A stretch of DNA of 32,000 nt. Origin: Candidatus Nitrosopumilus koreensis AR1. GTDB lineage: Archaea; Thermoproteota; Nitrososphaeria; Nitrososphaerales; Nitrosopumilaceae. Each line of letters opens with the position of its first letter. Positions within the stretch are counted from its first letter, which is position 1. The position numbers and the translations under genes were made by a program. Positions 1-10,317 of the stretch are shown here, piece after piece. The stretch is from assembly GCF_000299365.1 (NCBI RefSeq), contig NC_018655.1:1200001-1232000 (forward strand). Direction: 5' to 3'. The notes under the pieces are model-generated. The model searched no databases, was not told the origin of the DNA, and saw only the letters and a list, made by a program, of their open reading frames with translations.

Positions 1-674
1 TAAAGAAATTCATTGAGAAGATAAAAAGTATTTCAAAAAAATGTGACGCAATTCATCTTACAGAAAATGTGTTAGGATATCAAAGAGTATCTCCATTAGA
101 CGTAGGAAAAATAATAAGAAAAGAAATTCCAGATTTGCCAATAACAGTCAGTCTTAGAGTTAGAGATAAGACCGAAGAAGAAATTTCACAGTTTGTAGAA
201 AAATGTATTGATATTAGTTTTTCAGGAATTCTGGTTTTGATGGGAGACCCCTCACAAACAGGTAAAACCGATTCAGGTCAAATTCCAAGTTTGACTGTAA
301 AAAAATTAAGAGAAAAGAACATTGATTCAAAAATTGATTTGTACCTTTCAGTATCAAACAAACCAAATTTTTCAAAACTTGAAAAGAAACTTAATGCAAA
401 ACCAAAAGGATTCATGACTCAAGTGGTACAAAACATACAGCAAGTACAAGACTTATCAGATAACCTAAAAGAATTTTCAGTTATTCCAATCATATTATTT
501 CCCTCACAAAAAAATGAAAAATCTGCAAAGTTTTTGAATTTGGATTTAGAGTCATATAGTCAAGGATTTGAAGAATTGTTAAAAAAATCACATAAAATTA
601 CAGGGGATATTCTAATTACATCTCCAAATGATTTTACAGGATTAAACGAGTTTTTGAGTAAAATAACTTTCTAA
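1..674 (+). CDS. Methylenetetrahydrofolate reductase-like protein, C-terminal part (5' end lies outside the window)
   Basis: The frame is open from base 3 through the listed 69..674 ORF, so the GTG at 69 is probably not the real start. The motif VLMGDPSQTG resembles the MTHFR L-x-GD-P region. The gene is convergent with a methionine synthase. Confidence 0.7.
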   Translation, partial: KKFIEKIKSISKKCDAIHLTENVLGYQRVSPLDVGKIIRKEIPDLPITVSLRVRDKTEEEISQFVEKCIDISFSGILVLMGDPSQTGKTDSGQIPSLTVKKLREKNIDSKIDLYLSVSNKPNFSKLEKKLNAKPKGFMTQVVQNIQQVQDLSDNLKEFSVIPIILFPSQKNEKSAKFLNLDLESYSQGFEELLKKSHKITGDILITSPNDFTGLNEFLSKITF

Positions 675-3169
675 AGTACAAAGTATTGTGCTTTAGGATG
701 ATGCACCACCATTGCTGCAGTAGATTGTTCAGGAATTATTTGACCTGATTCGGTTAATTCCATTCCAGATTTTTCAGGTTCCAAGAGTTTCCATACCAAA
801 TTATGTTGCATTACATCAGGACAACTAGGAAAACCCCAAGAGTATCTCAATCCACCTTTATCTAAATTCAATTCAGATTTTATTTTTCGATTAATCCATT
901 CAGCTAGTGCTTCTGCAACTTCAACTGCCAATCCATGAAGATAGTATGCATCAGTGTATTTGTCTTCTTGATTCCATTGTTCAATAATATCTGCAACTTT
1001 GTTTCCAACTGTGACTGCCTGAAATGCAACAACATCATCATCACCAAAATAATCAGTTAAACACAAGTGTTCAGGTTTAGTAGAACGAGGAAAATCAAAT
1101 TCTACATCATCACCATGAGGATTATCTACAAGTAATTTTCCATCTTTGTTATGGCATTTGAAATATCCATAAACCACTTCAGGTTCAAATAATTTTTCTC
1201 GAATAATTCTAATCTTCCATTGGTTAAGCAGTTGTTCATGATCTGCTTCTGATTCAGAACCTGCTTTACCCCTAAGACCCCAAGAAAGTTTGAAGAGTGA
1301 TTTTTTATCAATTAATTGCCATACTTCGTCCATCTTTATTTGATCTGATTTTAGACGAATTGGTTCACCGATAATTTTTGGAGTAGGGGCAGACACAGGT
1401 TTTATTTCACTTTTTGGAAGACTAGCAGGATCAACTTTTGCAGTGGATTTTTCTTTCCAGTTTTCTAATTTCTCCTTCCATTGTGATAAGAGTTTTGGTT
1501 TTTCATCAGAAATCAGAGCATCCATTGTTTTTAGTCCTTCAAACATTGTATTACAGTAAAAAACTCCGGACTCGTAGATTCCATCTTCTTTTGCAATTCG
1601 ATTAATGTAATTGCTGTTAATTGCTGCACCTCCACAAAGAATTGGGATGTTCATTTTGTTTTTTCTGGCATGCTCTACAAAGAATTGCATTTGTTTTGAA
1701 GTAGAAACTAACAATGCAGAAAGACCAACAGCATCAGGATTTACTTCGTCGATTTTTTCAATGAATTTTTGTAATGGAACCTGTTTTCCAAGATCATAAA
1801 CTGTGTAACCATTATTTTGGAAGATAGTTTTTACCAAATTCTTTCCAATGTCATGGACATCACCATATACAGTACCTAAAACAAGCTTGCCTTTGCTTGA
1901 TCCCTCTTCTTTGACAAGATACTTTTCCAATTCTCCAACCGATGCTTTCATGCATTCGGCAGATTTTAAAACAAATGGAAGAATTAATTCTCCTGCACCA
2001 AACTTGTCACCTACCTCTTTCATAGCAGGGAGTAAATCCTCATTAAGAGTTCTAATTGCACCATCATGTGTTACTTCTGGAGGGGCATCAAGTGAAAGTA
2101 CACCATCAGTATTCTTTAGAATGTCATTTTTTCCAACTTTGTCGGCAATAGCAGAAACAACATCATTTTCAATTCCATCCTTTAGTCTGTTGACGATTCT
2201 AAAATGAGCTTTCTTTCCTGCAGGCCATGAAGGATCAACATCTACTTTTTTAGATGCAGTACTGGCTTGTGGACCTACATTTTCAAAATATGTAATTAAT
2301 TCAGATAATGCATTAGGATGGGTATTGAAAATTAGGTCTTCTGCAAGTTTTTTTTCTTTTTCATCTATTTCCCCATAGGGTATGATTTCTTTTGCATTAA
2401 CGATTGCAGTATCAAGTCCAGATTTTATTGCATGATGTAAGAATACGGAATTGAGGATTTTTCTAGCATAGGGTACCAGTCCAAAACTAATGTTGCTCAG
2501 ACCTAATGTAGTAAATGAATTAGGGAATTTTTCTTTTACAAGTCTGATTCCTTCAAGAGTATTTTTTCCTGCATCAAGAAATTCATCTTCACCAGTTGCA
2601 AGGGTAAATGTCAGCACATCAAAAATGAACTGTTCAATTTTTAATCCATATTTTTTACCAGTTTCAAAAAGTAATTCTGCAGTTTCTAATTTTTGTTGAG
2701 GTGTTTTTGCCATGCCATCAGGTCCAATGCACAATGCAATTGCAGGCAAACCATATTTTGCCATAATTGGCGCAAGTTTTTCAAATCTACTTCCATCACC
2801 TTCAAGATTAATAGAATTAATGATGGGTCTTCCGGGAATTTGTTGTACAGATGCTTCAATTACATCAGGATCAGTTGAGTCAATAACAAGAGGAGCATCT
2901 ACTTCTAAGCTTAATCGCTTTACCAGATTCAACATGAATTCTTTTTCATCAGCACGTTCAGTTGTTGCAACACATACATCAAGACAGTGTGCACCATCTT
3001 CTACTTGTGTTCTACCCAAATCAACAAGTCCATCATAATCATCAGCAAGGACCATTTGTTTTGCCTTACGAGAACCTTGGGTGTTTATCCTCTCACCAAT
3101 AATCAATGGAGGAGGAATTTGTTTTAGGTCAACTGCCTTTAATGCAGAACTTACTCTAGGAATGGTCAA
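671..3169 (-). CDS. metH: Cobalamin-dependent methionine synthase: pterin-binding, B12-binding and reactivation domains (no homocysteine-binding domain)
   Basis: 832 aa. Pterin-binding start GERINTQGSRK; B12 motif GDVHDIGKNLV (DxHxxG) with LCGGAAIN; reactivation-like C-terminus RYSWGFPSCPDVMQHNLVWKLL...LTESGQIIPEQSTAAMVVHHPKAQYF. Apparent TTG start. Confidence 0.93.
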   Translation of the reverse strand: MTIPRVSSALKAVDLKQIPPPLIIGERINTQGSRKAKQMVLADDYDGLVDLGRTQVEDGAHCLDVCVATTERADEKEFMLNLVKRLSLEVDAPLVIDSTDPDVIEASVQQIPGRPIINSINLEGDGSRFEKLAPIMAKYGLPAIALCIGPDGMAKTPQQKLETAELLFETGKKYGLKIEQFIFDVLTFTLATGEDEFLDAGKNTLEGIRLVKEKFPNSFTTLGLSNISFGLVPYARKILNSVFLHHAIKSGLDTAIVNAKEIIPYGEIDEKEKKLAEDLIFNTHPNALSELITYFENVGPQASTASKKVDVDPSWPAGKKAHFRIVNRLKDGIENDVVSAIADKVGKNDILKNTDGVLSLDAPPEVTHDGAIRTLNEDLLPAMKEVGDKFGAGELILPFVLKSAECMKASVGELEKYLVKEEGSSKGKLVLGTVYGDVHDIGKNLVKTIFQNNGYTVYDLGKQVPLQKFIEKIDEVNPDAVGLSALLVSTSKQMQFFVEHARKNKMNIPILCGGAAINSNYINRIAKEDGIYESGVFYCNTMFEGLKTMDALISDEKPKLLSQWKEKLENWKEKSTAKVDPASLPKSEIKPVSAPTPKIIGEPIRLKSDQIKMDEVWQLIDKKSLFKLSWGLRGKAGSESEADHEQLLNQWKIRIIREKLFEPEVVYGYFKCHNKDGKLLVDNPHGDDVEFDFPRSTKPEHLCLTDYFGDDDVVAFQAVTVGNKVADIIEQWNQEDKYTDAYYLHGLAVEVAEALAEWINRKIKSELNLDKGGLRYSWGFPSCPDVMQHNLVWKLLEPEKSGMELTESGQIIPEQSTAAMVVHHPKAQYFVL

Positions 3170-3201
3170 TAGTGTAAAATCATCTCGGTTTTTCTAAATA
3201 C

Positions 3202-4188
3202 TTAACCCTCTATAGAGTTGGCTTTTTCGTCAATTACTTTTCTTAGAACTTTGATGTGTTCAGGATTTGTCCCACAACAACCTCCGATAATTCGGACTTT
3301 TTTGTATTGTTTAAGAAAATCACCTAATGCATCACCCATTTTTTCAGGAGTCATCTTGTAAACTGCTTGTCCACCTTCATTTTCAGGCATGCCAGCATTT
3401 GGAACCACCAAAATATTATGTTCATTTTGTTCATCAAGCCATCTGACACTAGGGGTCATCTCAATTGGTCCAGTAGAGCAATTCATTCCAAATATGTCAA
3501 TTCCCATATCAGAAACCGTTGTGTATGCAGCTTGAATGTTAGTGCCTAACAGCATTTTACCATATTGATCTAACGTAGTGTTTGCAATTATTGGAACTTT
3601 CATTCCAATTTTTTTCATCGCATTATGACATGCCTCTATTACTAATTTTACTTCCAAAATATCCTGACTTGTTTCAATAAGTAATGCATCCACACCGCCA
3701 AGAATCAACCCTTCTGCTTGTAGTTCAAATGCTTCTCTAATTTCATCAAGAGGTTTCTGTCCTAAATCAGGATCATTTGAACTTGGTAAAAATCCAGAGG
3801 GTCCCATCGAACCAATTACATATCGTGGTCTGTCAGAATATTCTTGACAGACTTCAAATGCAAGTTGTGCAATTTTTTTATTAAAATCAACTGTTTGATC
3901 ACCAAATCCATATTCATCGAGTTTAATTTTATTAGAACCAAAAGAGTTTGTCTCAATGCAATCAGCTCCGGCATCCAAATAACGTTTATGGATTTCTTTT
4001 ATCCATTCAGGGTGAGTTAGCACTAAACCGTCATTGAATCCATCTTGATTATTTGGAAAGTCTTCAGGTTTTGGATTAAATTTTTGAATTTCAGTTCCCA
4101 TCGCACCATCAAAAAGTAAAACTCTGTTTTGTAGTGCATCCAAAAATGATTCTTTTTGAGTCAATTTAATTCCAAAAAGATTTGGCAC
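3202..4188 (-). CDS. Homocysteine S-methyltransferase domain protein (MetH N-terminal module encoded separately)
   Basis: 328 aa. LLFDGAMGTEIQ, DCIETNSFGSNKI, NCSTGPIEMTP and the zinc-ligand motif RIIGGCCGTNPEHI. Immediately upstream of the metH remainder on the same strand. GTG start. Confidence 0.92.
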   Translation of the reverse strand: MPNLFGIKLTQKESFLDALQNRVLLFDGAMGTEIQKFNPKPEDFPNNQDGFNDGLVLTHPEWIKEIHKRYLDAGADCIETNSFGSNKIKLDEYGFGDQTVDFNKKIAQLAFEVCQEYSDRPRYVIGSMGPSGFLPSSNDPDLGQKPLDEIREAFELQAEGLILGGVDALLIETSQDILEVKLVIEACHNAMKKIGMKVPIIANTTLDQYGKMLLGTNIQAAYTTVSDMGIDIFGMNCSTGPIEMTPSVRWLDEQNEHNILVVPNAGMPENEGGQAVYKMTPEKMGDALGDFLKQYKKVRIIGGCCGTNPEHIKVLRKVIDEKANSIEG

Positions 4189-4277
4189 AGTTTAACTCTT
4201 TTCAGAAAAATCCACAAACAAGAGCAATAATGACATGTATGTTGAAATTAGGCCACATGTGATTTTTTTGTACATTT

Positions 4278-5378
4278 ATGCAAAAACTCCAAATAAACAA
4301 TCTAGTACGTAGTGCAACCTTTTTTCAACATGCAGGAATCTCAATTATCTTTGTATTCATGCCTATCATTGCAAAAGGCGTCACAGATTCTATTTTTGAG
4401 ATAGGGCTTTTGGTAGCTTCATTTAGTTTTGCTCAAATTTTATCTGAAATCTATTTTGGAAGACATTCAGACAAGAAGGGAACTAGGCTCAAATTCATCA
4501 GAATTGGATTTATTGGATGTGCAGTAGCATTTGGATTACACTACTTTGCAGATGACCTTTCCATGTTTTTTCTAGTCAGAATAGCTGCAGGAATTACAAG
4601 TGGAATAATGATTCCAGCAATGATTGCATATACCTATGAAGCAAACCTGGATAAAAATAGAGCAGCTACTGTAATCTCATTTCATGCATTAGGATGGCTT
4701 GCAGGAATTGCAGCAGCAGGATTCGCAAATGATCTAAAATTAATTTTCTTGATCAGTGCCGCATCATTTGTGATAGGATTATTGTTTACAATTAAACTTC
4801 CAAATCCGGAACAAGAAAAAGAACTAAAACCTGGCACTACAAAAAGAGTCATTTCAAAAAACAAATTTCTTTTCTTATCATTATTACTAAGACACATTGG
4901 CGCAGCGGCAGTTTGGACAATTCTTCCAATAATGATTGTAGAAAGATTAGGTGGAGAACTTTACCATATATCAATTGTATATGTAGCAAATACATTGACA
5001 GCTTTTATCTTGATGAATGTAATGGCAAGCAAAATTCATCTCTCAAATGTTACTAAATTCAAAATAGGAATAGGATGTACAACATTTGTATTTGTGGGAT
5101 TGTCAGTTGTTACTGAATGGTGGATGGCAATGCCATTTATGTCACTAGTGGGTGCAACATGGGCGTTTTTGTTTATTGGCGGAAATTTTCATCTAATGGA
5201 GAATAACCCACGTTCAACATCTACAGGGATTTTCAGTTCCACGTTGTCAATTGCAACTGTAGTTGGTCCAGTAATTGCAGGAAGTATTGCATTTGTATTT
5301 GACTATGTTGCAGTAATGTATTTTGCAGTTGCAATTATTGTATGTGCTTTTGCAGTGTCACTAAAAATTAAAAAATAG
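4278..5378 (+). CDS. Major facilitator superfamily transporter
   Basis: 366 aa with many hydrophobic segments and an MFS loop motif (YFGRHSDKKGTRLKFI). Confidence 0.85.
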   Translation: MQKLQINNLVRSATFFQHAGISIIFVFMPIIAKGVTDSIFEIGLLVASFSFAQILSEIYFGRHSDKKGTRLKFIRIGFIGCAVAFGLHYFADDLSMFFLVRIAAGITSGIMIPAMIAYTYEANLDKNRAATVISFHALGWLAGIAAAGFANDLKLIFLISAASFVIGLLFTIKLPNPEQEKELKPGTTKRVISKNKFLFLSLLLRHIGAAAVWTILPIMIVERLGGELYHISIVYVANTLTAFILMNVMASKIHLSNVTKFKIGIGCTTFVFVGLSVVTEWWMAMPFMSLVGATWAFLFIGGNFHLMENNPRSTSTGIFSSTLSIATVVGPVIAGSIAFVFDYVAVMYFAVAIIVCAFAVSLKIKK

Positions 5379-5379
5379 A

Positions 5380-6147
5380 TTATCGCAATCCCCATCTAGA
5401 CATTACTTTGTCTTCAAGTTTTTTAAAGATAATACCATCTACTGCAAGACCTATTCCCATAATTACAAGCATGATTGCTATGACTTGGGAGACATCATTT
5501 AGTGAACGTCCTGCATTAAGCAAAAATCCCAATCCTAGGAACGAAAACAGGATTTCTGCACCAATTACACCCCTCCATGCAAATGCCCATCCCTGTTTAA
5601 ATCCAGAAATCATGTAAGGAAATGCCGCAGGGATTAATACTGCAGTAATAAGTTGACTTCCTTTTGCACCCATATTTCTTGCGGCTTCTATAAAGTGAGG
5701 GTTGATGTTTTTGACGCCAGTGTAGGTGTTTATGGTCACAGCAAAAATAGCGCCAATTGCAGTAACAAAGATGATTCCACCATCAGTCAAACCAAACCAA
5801 AGAATTGCAAGAGGCACCCATGCAATAGATGGGATTGATTGTAAACCTAAAACCAAAGATCCAACAGTTTGATTGATTACCTCAACTCTTGCCATAAAAA
5901 TTCCTAAAACAATACCACCGCCAATCGCAATTGCCAATCCAATTGCCAATCGCCACATACTTGTCGCAATTCCATAAAACAAGCTTCCATCAACAGCACC
6001 AAAAGCCAAGTCTTCTGCCACCTCATAAGGGGATGGAAAAACATTATCTGGCCAAATTCCTGTCATTGCAGTTATTTGCCAAACAACTATGATGGCAATG
6101 TAAAAAGCAATTCTGTGAGGAGTGAAATTTTTTGCCATAATAATCAC
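5380..6147 (-). CDS. ABC transporter permease, NitT/TauT/SsuC type
   Basis: 255 aa hydrophobic protein with an EAARNMGAKGSQLITAVLIPAAFPYMISGFKQGWAFAWRGVIGAE EAA loop; operonic with an ATPase and a substrate-binding protein. Confidence 0.9.
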   Translation of the reverse strand: MIIMAKNFTPHRIAFYIAIIVVWQITAMTGIWPDNVFPSPYEVAEDLAFGAVDGSLFYGIATSMWRLAIGLAIAIGGGIVLGIFMARVEVINQTVGSLVLGLQSIPSIAWVPLAILWFGLTDGGIIFVTAIGAIFAVTINTYTGVKNINPHFIEAARNMGAKGSQLITAVLIPAAFPYMISGFKQGWAFAWRGVIGAEILFSFLGLGFLLNAGRSLNDVSQVIAIMLVIMGIGLAVDGIIFKKLEDKVMSRWGLR

Positions 6148-6908
6148 TATTTACTTTTCTTTACCTCAGGTCTTAGTTCAGACAGTAGATCTTGTTGGAA
6201 TTTCAATAATGACTCATCTTCAGTTACCCTAGGTCTTGGAAAATCATTTTCAACTTCTTTTTTGATTATAGATGGGCGATTACTGAAAACTGCAACTTTT
6301 GTTCCAAGAACTGCAGCTTCAGCAACGCTATGAGTTACAAACAAGATGGTCTTCTTTGTTTTTTCCCAGATCAATTGCATTTCAACTAACAATAAATCAC
6401 GGGTTTGTGCATCAAGTGCTGCAAATGGTTCATCCATAAGCAATACATCAGGATCCATTACAAGTGCTCTAGCAATAGCTACACGTTGCTTCATACCTGT
6501 TGAAAGTTGATATGTATACGAATCAGTGAATTTGGTTAATTGCATCATGTCAAGATACCTATGAGATATTTTGGCACGTTCTTCTTTTGGTATTCCTGCC
6601 ATCTTTAATCCAAACTCCACATTATCTTGGACTTTGAGCCATGGAAATAGAGCACCTTCTTGAAAGACCATGATTCTTTCAGGCCCAGTTTCATTTACAG
6701 GACGGCCATCAAAGAGGATTTGGCCATCATCAGGTTTCTCCAAGCCTGCAACTATACGTAAAAATGTAGATTTACCACATCCTGAGGGTCCTATCAAACA
6801 TACAAAATCACCAGATTCAACTTTGAGGTCAATACCACCTAAAGCCTTAAGCTTGTGAGAATCATGACTAAAGTACTTGACAATATTTTTTGCTTCTAAT
6901 TTAGTCAT
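6147..6908 (-). CDS. ABC transporter ATP-binding protein, NitT/TauT/SsuB type
   Basis: 253 aa. Walker A GPSGCGKST, signature region QLSTGMKQRVAIARAL, Walker B VLLMDEPFAALD, H-loop VTHSVAEA. Confidence 0.94.
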   Translation of the reverse strand: MTKLEAKNIVKYFSHDSHKLKALGGIDLKVESGDFVCLIGPSGCGKSTFLRIVAGLEKPDDGQILFDGRPVNETGPERIMVFQEGALFPWLKVQDNVEFGLKMAGIPKEERAKISHRYLDMMQLTKFTDSYTYQLSTGMKQRVAIARALVMDPDVLLMDEPFAALDAQTRDLLLVEMQLIWEKTKKTILFVTHSVAEAAVLGTKVAVFSNRPSIIKKEVENDFPRPRVTEDESLLKFQQDLLSELRPEVKKSK

Positions 6909-7934
6909 CTAAGTATTGTCCTCCTCCAGAGAATTTGTATCAAAATAGTAAAAAATTCCAGACAAATCATATCCATTTCTTCCAAGATACCCTAGAGCAT
7001 CTGCCTTTTCAGCAAACGAAAGAACAGAATCAGATTTAGGATCATCAGTAATTTGAATATTAGACAAAGCAACATCTACAATATTATTAGAAAGTGATTG
7101 TCCCAAGTGTGAATTAAGAAAGTTATTAAAAACAGTTCTAGTTTCCTCAGGATTATCATTAATCCAAATCATTGTTTGATGATGAGCTTTGAGAAAATTG
7201 TTTATTATGGATTTATTTTTTTCAACATAATCAGTATTTGCAATCAATAGAACAGATGCAAATTCTTTATTGGGCCAAAGTTCTTCTTCTTGGAATAAAC
7301 GCTTTCCATTTAATTCAGTTTCCAAAATTGTAGCCCATGGTTCGGCAACCCACGCACCATCAATATCCCCCTTTACAAATAAAGTATAGATGTCAGGATT
7401 TGAAATATTATAAACAACAACATTTCCACCTTTCTCAGCAGGTTTTAGTTGATTTTCAGATAGATAATGACGTAATGAAACATCTTGAGTATTTCCAATT
7501 TGAGGAGCGGCAATTTTTTTTCCTGCAAAATCAGAGGCATTGTTTATTTCAGAATTAGGATGTACAATAAAACTAGCACCTCCACTTGCAGCACCTGCAA
7601 GAATCTTGACGTTGTGATTCTCAGAATTTAAAAATCCATTAATTGCAGGGCCTGGACCAACATAAGCAATATCAATAGAATTTGCAAAAATAGATTCTAT
7701 CGCTTGAGGTCCACTGTCAAATACTTTGGTTTCAATTTTAGTTTCATCATCCATATTTTCTTCAAAGAACCCTTTCTCCATTCCCACAATAGGAATTGCA
7801 TGACCAATGTTTGGAAAGTATGCTATGCGAAGTTTTTTTTCATGTGTAGTATCACTAGAGTTAAGAGCAATTCCCAATATAGAAAACACCACAATTACCA
7901 CAATTCCTGCAGAAATTGCCGAACGAATTTTCAT
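6909..7934 (-). CDS. ABC transporter periplasmic substrate-binding protein, NitT/TauT/SsuA-like, with N-terminal membrane/signal segment
   Basis: 341 aa. Hydrophobic N-terminus, LRIAYFPNIGHAIPIVGMEKGFFEE, DIDGAWVAEPWATIL; first gene of the ABC operon. Confidence 0.88.
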   Translation of the reverse strand: MKIRSAISAGIVVIVVFSILGIALNSSDTTHEKKLRIAYFPNIGHAIPIVGMEKGFFEENMDDETKIETKVFDSGPQAIESIFANSIDIAYVGPGPAINGFLNSENHNVKILAGAASGGASFIVHPNSEINNASDFAGKKIAAPQIGNTQDVSLRHYLSENQLKPAEKGGNVVVYNISNPDIYTLFVKGDIDGAWVAEPWATILETELNGKRLFQEEELWPNKEFASVLLIANTDYVEKNKSIINNFLKAHHQTMIWINDNPEETRTVFNNFLNSHLGQSLSNNIVDVALSNIQITDDPKSDSVLSFAEKADALGYLGRNGYDLSGIFYYFDTNSLEEDNT

Positions 7935-8068
7935 AAAACAGCGTTATATTTGGCGGTTAAATAATCATCGAATTTTAGCTCAAGCTAGCCAGAAATTTTT
8001 TTCTAAAAAATTTGTTCACAAGCCTATCACAAAAGATAAATTCCAAAATACGACGGAAAAGATGTTTT

Positions 8069-9268
8069 ATGACTCAAAAAGGAATTCTTGCATTTTCTGG
8101 AGGGCTAGACACTTCAGTTGTTGTAAAATATCTACAAGACGAACATGACATGGATGTAGTTACAGTTACAGTAGATGTTGGACAAGGTGAAGATAATAAA
8201 AAAATTGCAGCAAAGGCAAAAAAATTAGGAGTAAAAAAACACTACAACATTGATGCAAGAAAAGAATTTGTCAAAGATTACATTTTCCCATCAATTAAAG
8301 CAAATGCGCTTTATCAAAAAAAGTATTGTTTAGCAACAGCTCTTGCCAGACCATTAATTGCTGAAAAAGTTTTAGAAATTGCAAAAAAAGAGAAAGTAAC
8401 ATCATTAGCACATGGCTGTTCAGGAAAAGGAAATGATCAAGTACGTTTTGACATCACATTACGTTCAGGTTCTGACCTACCAATCATTGCTCCAATAAGG
8501 GATAAAAATTTAGACCGAGTTACAGAATTAAAATTTGCAAAAAAACACGGAATTGAGATAGACACTGTAGCAAAAAAATTCAGCATTGATCAAAACTTGT
8601 GGGGCCGTGCAATTGAAGGTGGAGTTTTAGAAGATCCATATAATGAACCACCTGATGATGCATTCATTTGGGTAAAAACAAAAAATTTACCAGATAAACC
8701 AACATATCTAGAAATTAAATTTGAGAAAGGAATTCCTGTTGGAGTTGATGGAAAAACAATGGATGGGCAAAAATTAATTGAATACATCAACAAAAAAGCA
8801 GGCGATGCAGGAGTTGGCATTGTTGATCACATTGAAGACAGGGTTGTAGGAATAAAGTCTAGAGAAGTATACGAGACGCCAGCTGCAACTTGCTTAATTG
8901 AGGCACATTCAGATTTAGAAAAAATGGTTCACACAAAACATGAAAACAAGTTCAAATCGATAATTGATGATGAGTGGGCATATCTAGCATATTCAGGATT
9001 ATGGCAAGATCCACTCAAGTCAGATTTAGATGGATTTATCGAAGAATCTCAAAAACCAGTTTCAGGAACGGTCAAGTTGAAATTGTACAAAGGAAGTTTA
9101 AGAGTAGTTGGAAGAAAGTCCAAAAACTCACTTTACAGTCATGAAATTGCCACTTATGGAACAGAATCCACATTTGATCAAAAATTAGCCAAAGGATTTG
9201 TAGAATTGTGGGGAATGCAATCAACAGAAGCTAATAAATTACAAAAGAAAAGGTCAACAAAAACATGA
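8069..9268 (+). CDS. argG: Argininosuccinate synthase
   Basis: MTQKGILAFSGGLDTSVVVKYL (PP-loop SGGLDTS), HGCSGKGNDQVRFD. The start was moved from the track's 8012 to ATG 8069, which fits the family N-terminus. Confidence 0.95.
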   Translation: MTQKGILAFSGGLDTSVVVKYLQDEHDMDVVTVTVDVGQGEDNKKIAAKAKKLGVKKHYNIDARKEFVKDYIFPSIKANALYQKKYCLATALARPLIAEKVLEIAKKEKVTSLAHGCSGKGNDQVRFDITLRSGSDLPIIAPIRDKNLDRVTELKFAKKHGIEIDTVAKKFSIDQNLWGRAIEGGVLEDPYNEPPDDAFIWVKTKNLPDKPTYLEIKFEKGIPVGVDGKTMDGQKLIEYINKKAGDAGVGIVDHIEDRVVGIKSREVYETPAATCLIEAHSDLEKMVHTKHENKFKSIIDDEWAYLAYSGLWQDPLKSDLDGFIEESQKPVSGTVKLKLYKGSLRVVGRKSKNSLYSHEIATYGTESTFDQKLAKGFVELWGMQSTEANKLQKKRSTKT

Positions 9269-9432
9269 ACTGCCCAGAATGTGACGCAACACTAAACATC
9301 CCAGACGATGCCTCAGTAGGAGAAATAGTCTCCTGTCCTGATTGTGGTGCTGACTTTGAAATCGCAAAAAAAGACGGATCAAATGTTGAGCTTAAACAAG
9401 CAGAAAGCGTAGGCGAAGACTGGGGAGAGTAA
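9265..9432 (+). CDS. lysW: LysW-type amino-group carrier protein, copy 1 (C-terminus EDWGE)
   Basis: Not in the ORF track. My translation is MNCPECDATLNIPDDASVGEIVSCPDCGADFEIAKKDGSNVELKQAESVGEDWGE (55 aa): CPxC...CPDC zinc motifs, acidic, C-terminal EDWGE. Overlaps the argG stop (ATGA) and the start of the next gene (TAATG). Confidence 0.95.
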   Translation: MNCPECDATLNIPDDASVGEIVSCPDCGADFEIAKKDGSNVELKQAESVGEDWGE

Positions 9433-10289
9433 TGTCAAAAGTATGTATTGTGTTTGACCGCCTAAGAGCGGAAGAAAAGATGCTGCAAAAAGAAGCAGTT
9501 GAACTAGGACACGATACAGTAATGCTAGATGCAAAGATTACTCAAGTCAATACAGATAGTAAAAAAGAAGATTTTGACTTGGGAGATATTGTTCTAGAAA
9601 GATGCGTGAGTTATTTTAGAGGATTGCATTTTACTGCTAGTCTAGAATTTATGGACGTTCCTGTTCTAAACAAATTTGATGTTGCAAGTATTTGTGGAAA
9701 TAAAATGTTCATGACATTACTTTTAAAAAAATATGGAGTGCCAACACCAAAAACATATTTTTCATTTACTAGTGAAAGTGCAGCTGAAAATTTAGAGAAA
9801 GTTGGATATCCCCTAGTAATCAAACCAGTTATTGGAAGTTGGGGAAGAGGAGTCATACCAATTAAAGATAAAGATACAATGGATGCAATTTCTGAGATAA
9901 GGGATATTACAGACAGTCCACACGACAGAATTTACTATTTACAGGAATTAGTAAAAAGACCACCCAGAGATATCCGAGTAATAACCATAGGAGATGAGCC
10001 TGTTGCAGCAATGTACAGAAAATCGTCAGGAGGATTTAAGACAAATATTGCACTTGGGGCCGATCCAGAGCTTTGTGAGATCACAAAAGAGATTGGAGAT
10101 ATGGCAGCAAAAGCATCAAAGGCAATGGGGGGAGGAATCCTAGGAATAGATATGATGGAAGATGAAAAAAATGGCCTAGTTGTTCATGAAGTCAACAACA
10201 CCGTAGAATTCAAGGGATTAGCAAGAGTTGCACAACGAAACATACCAAAAGAAATGGTAGAATTTGCTCTAAACTACGTTAGGAAATAA
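9432..10289 (+). CDS. argX: ATP-grasp LysW ligase; likely the glutamate-specific ArgX form
   Basis: 285 aa LysX/RimK-family protein with ELVKRPPRDIRV, GGFKTNIALG and HEVNNTVEFKG. Sits between lysW and argC. The ArgX call rests on GGFKTN versus HWKTN in the second paralog, and on the adjacent argG. Confidence 0.82.
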   Translation: MSKVCIVFDRLRAEEKMLQKEAVELGHDTVMLDAKITQVNTDSKKEDFDLGDIVLERCVSYFRGLHFTASLEFMDVPVLNKFDVASICGNKMFMTLLLKKYGVPTPKTYFSFTSESAAENLEKVGYPLVIKPVIGSWGRGVIPIKDKDTMDAISEIRDITDSPHDRIYYLQELVKRPPRDIRVITIGDEPVAAMYRKSSGGFKTNIALGADPELCEITKEIGDMAAKASKAMGGGILGIDMMEDEKNGLVVHEVNNTVEFKGLARVAQRNIPKEMVEFALNYVRK

Positions 10290-10304
10290 ATTATACTCCA
10301 TTAC

Positions 10305-10312
10305 GAGGAGGT
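10305..10312 (+). promoter_or_regulatory. Strong Shine-Dalgarno-like sequence GAGGAGGT
   Basis: GAGGAGGT lies 5 nt before ATG 10318 of argC/lysY. Confidence 0.7.
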
Positions 10313-10317
10313 TTATC

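Noticed and set aside
1126-3549. Seven plus-strand ORFs of 60-119 aa (1126..1311, 1611..1799, 1848..2207, 2490..2699, 2693..2878, 2712..3038, 3367..3549)
   Set aside because: All are antisense shadows of the strongly conserved metH and homocysteine methyltransferase genes. They show no recognisable motifs and low-complexity Ser/Phe-rich composition.
7337-8148. Plus-strand ORFs 7337..7558, 7704..7964 and 7807..8148 around the substrate-binding protein and the argG promoter region
   Set aside because: They are antisense to the ABC substrate-binding gene. 7807..8148 only runs through the divergent intergenic region into argG in another frame. No family resemblance.
9268-9432. The gap between argG and argX as non-coding sequence
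   Set aside because: It encodes lysW copy 1, which falls below the ORF track's length cut-off.
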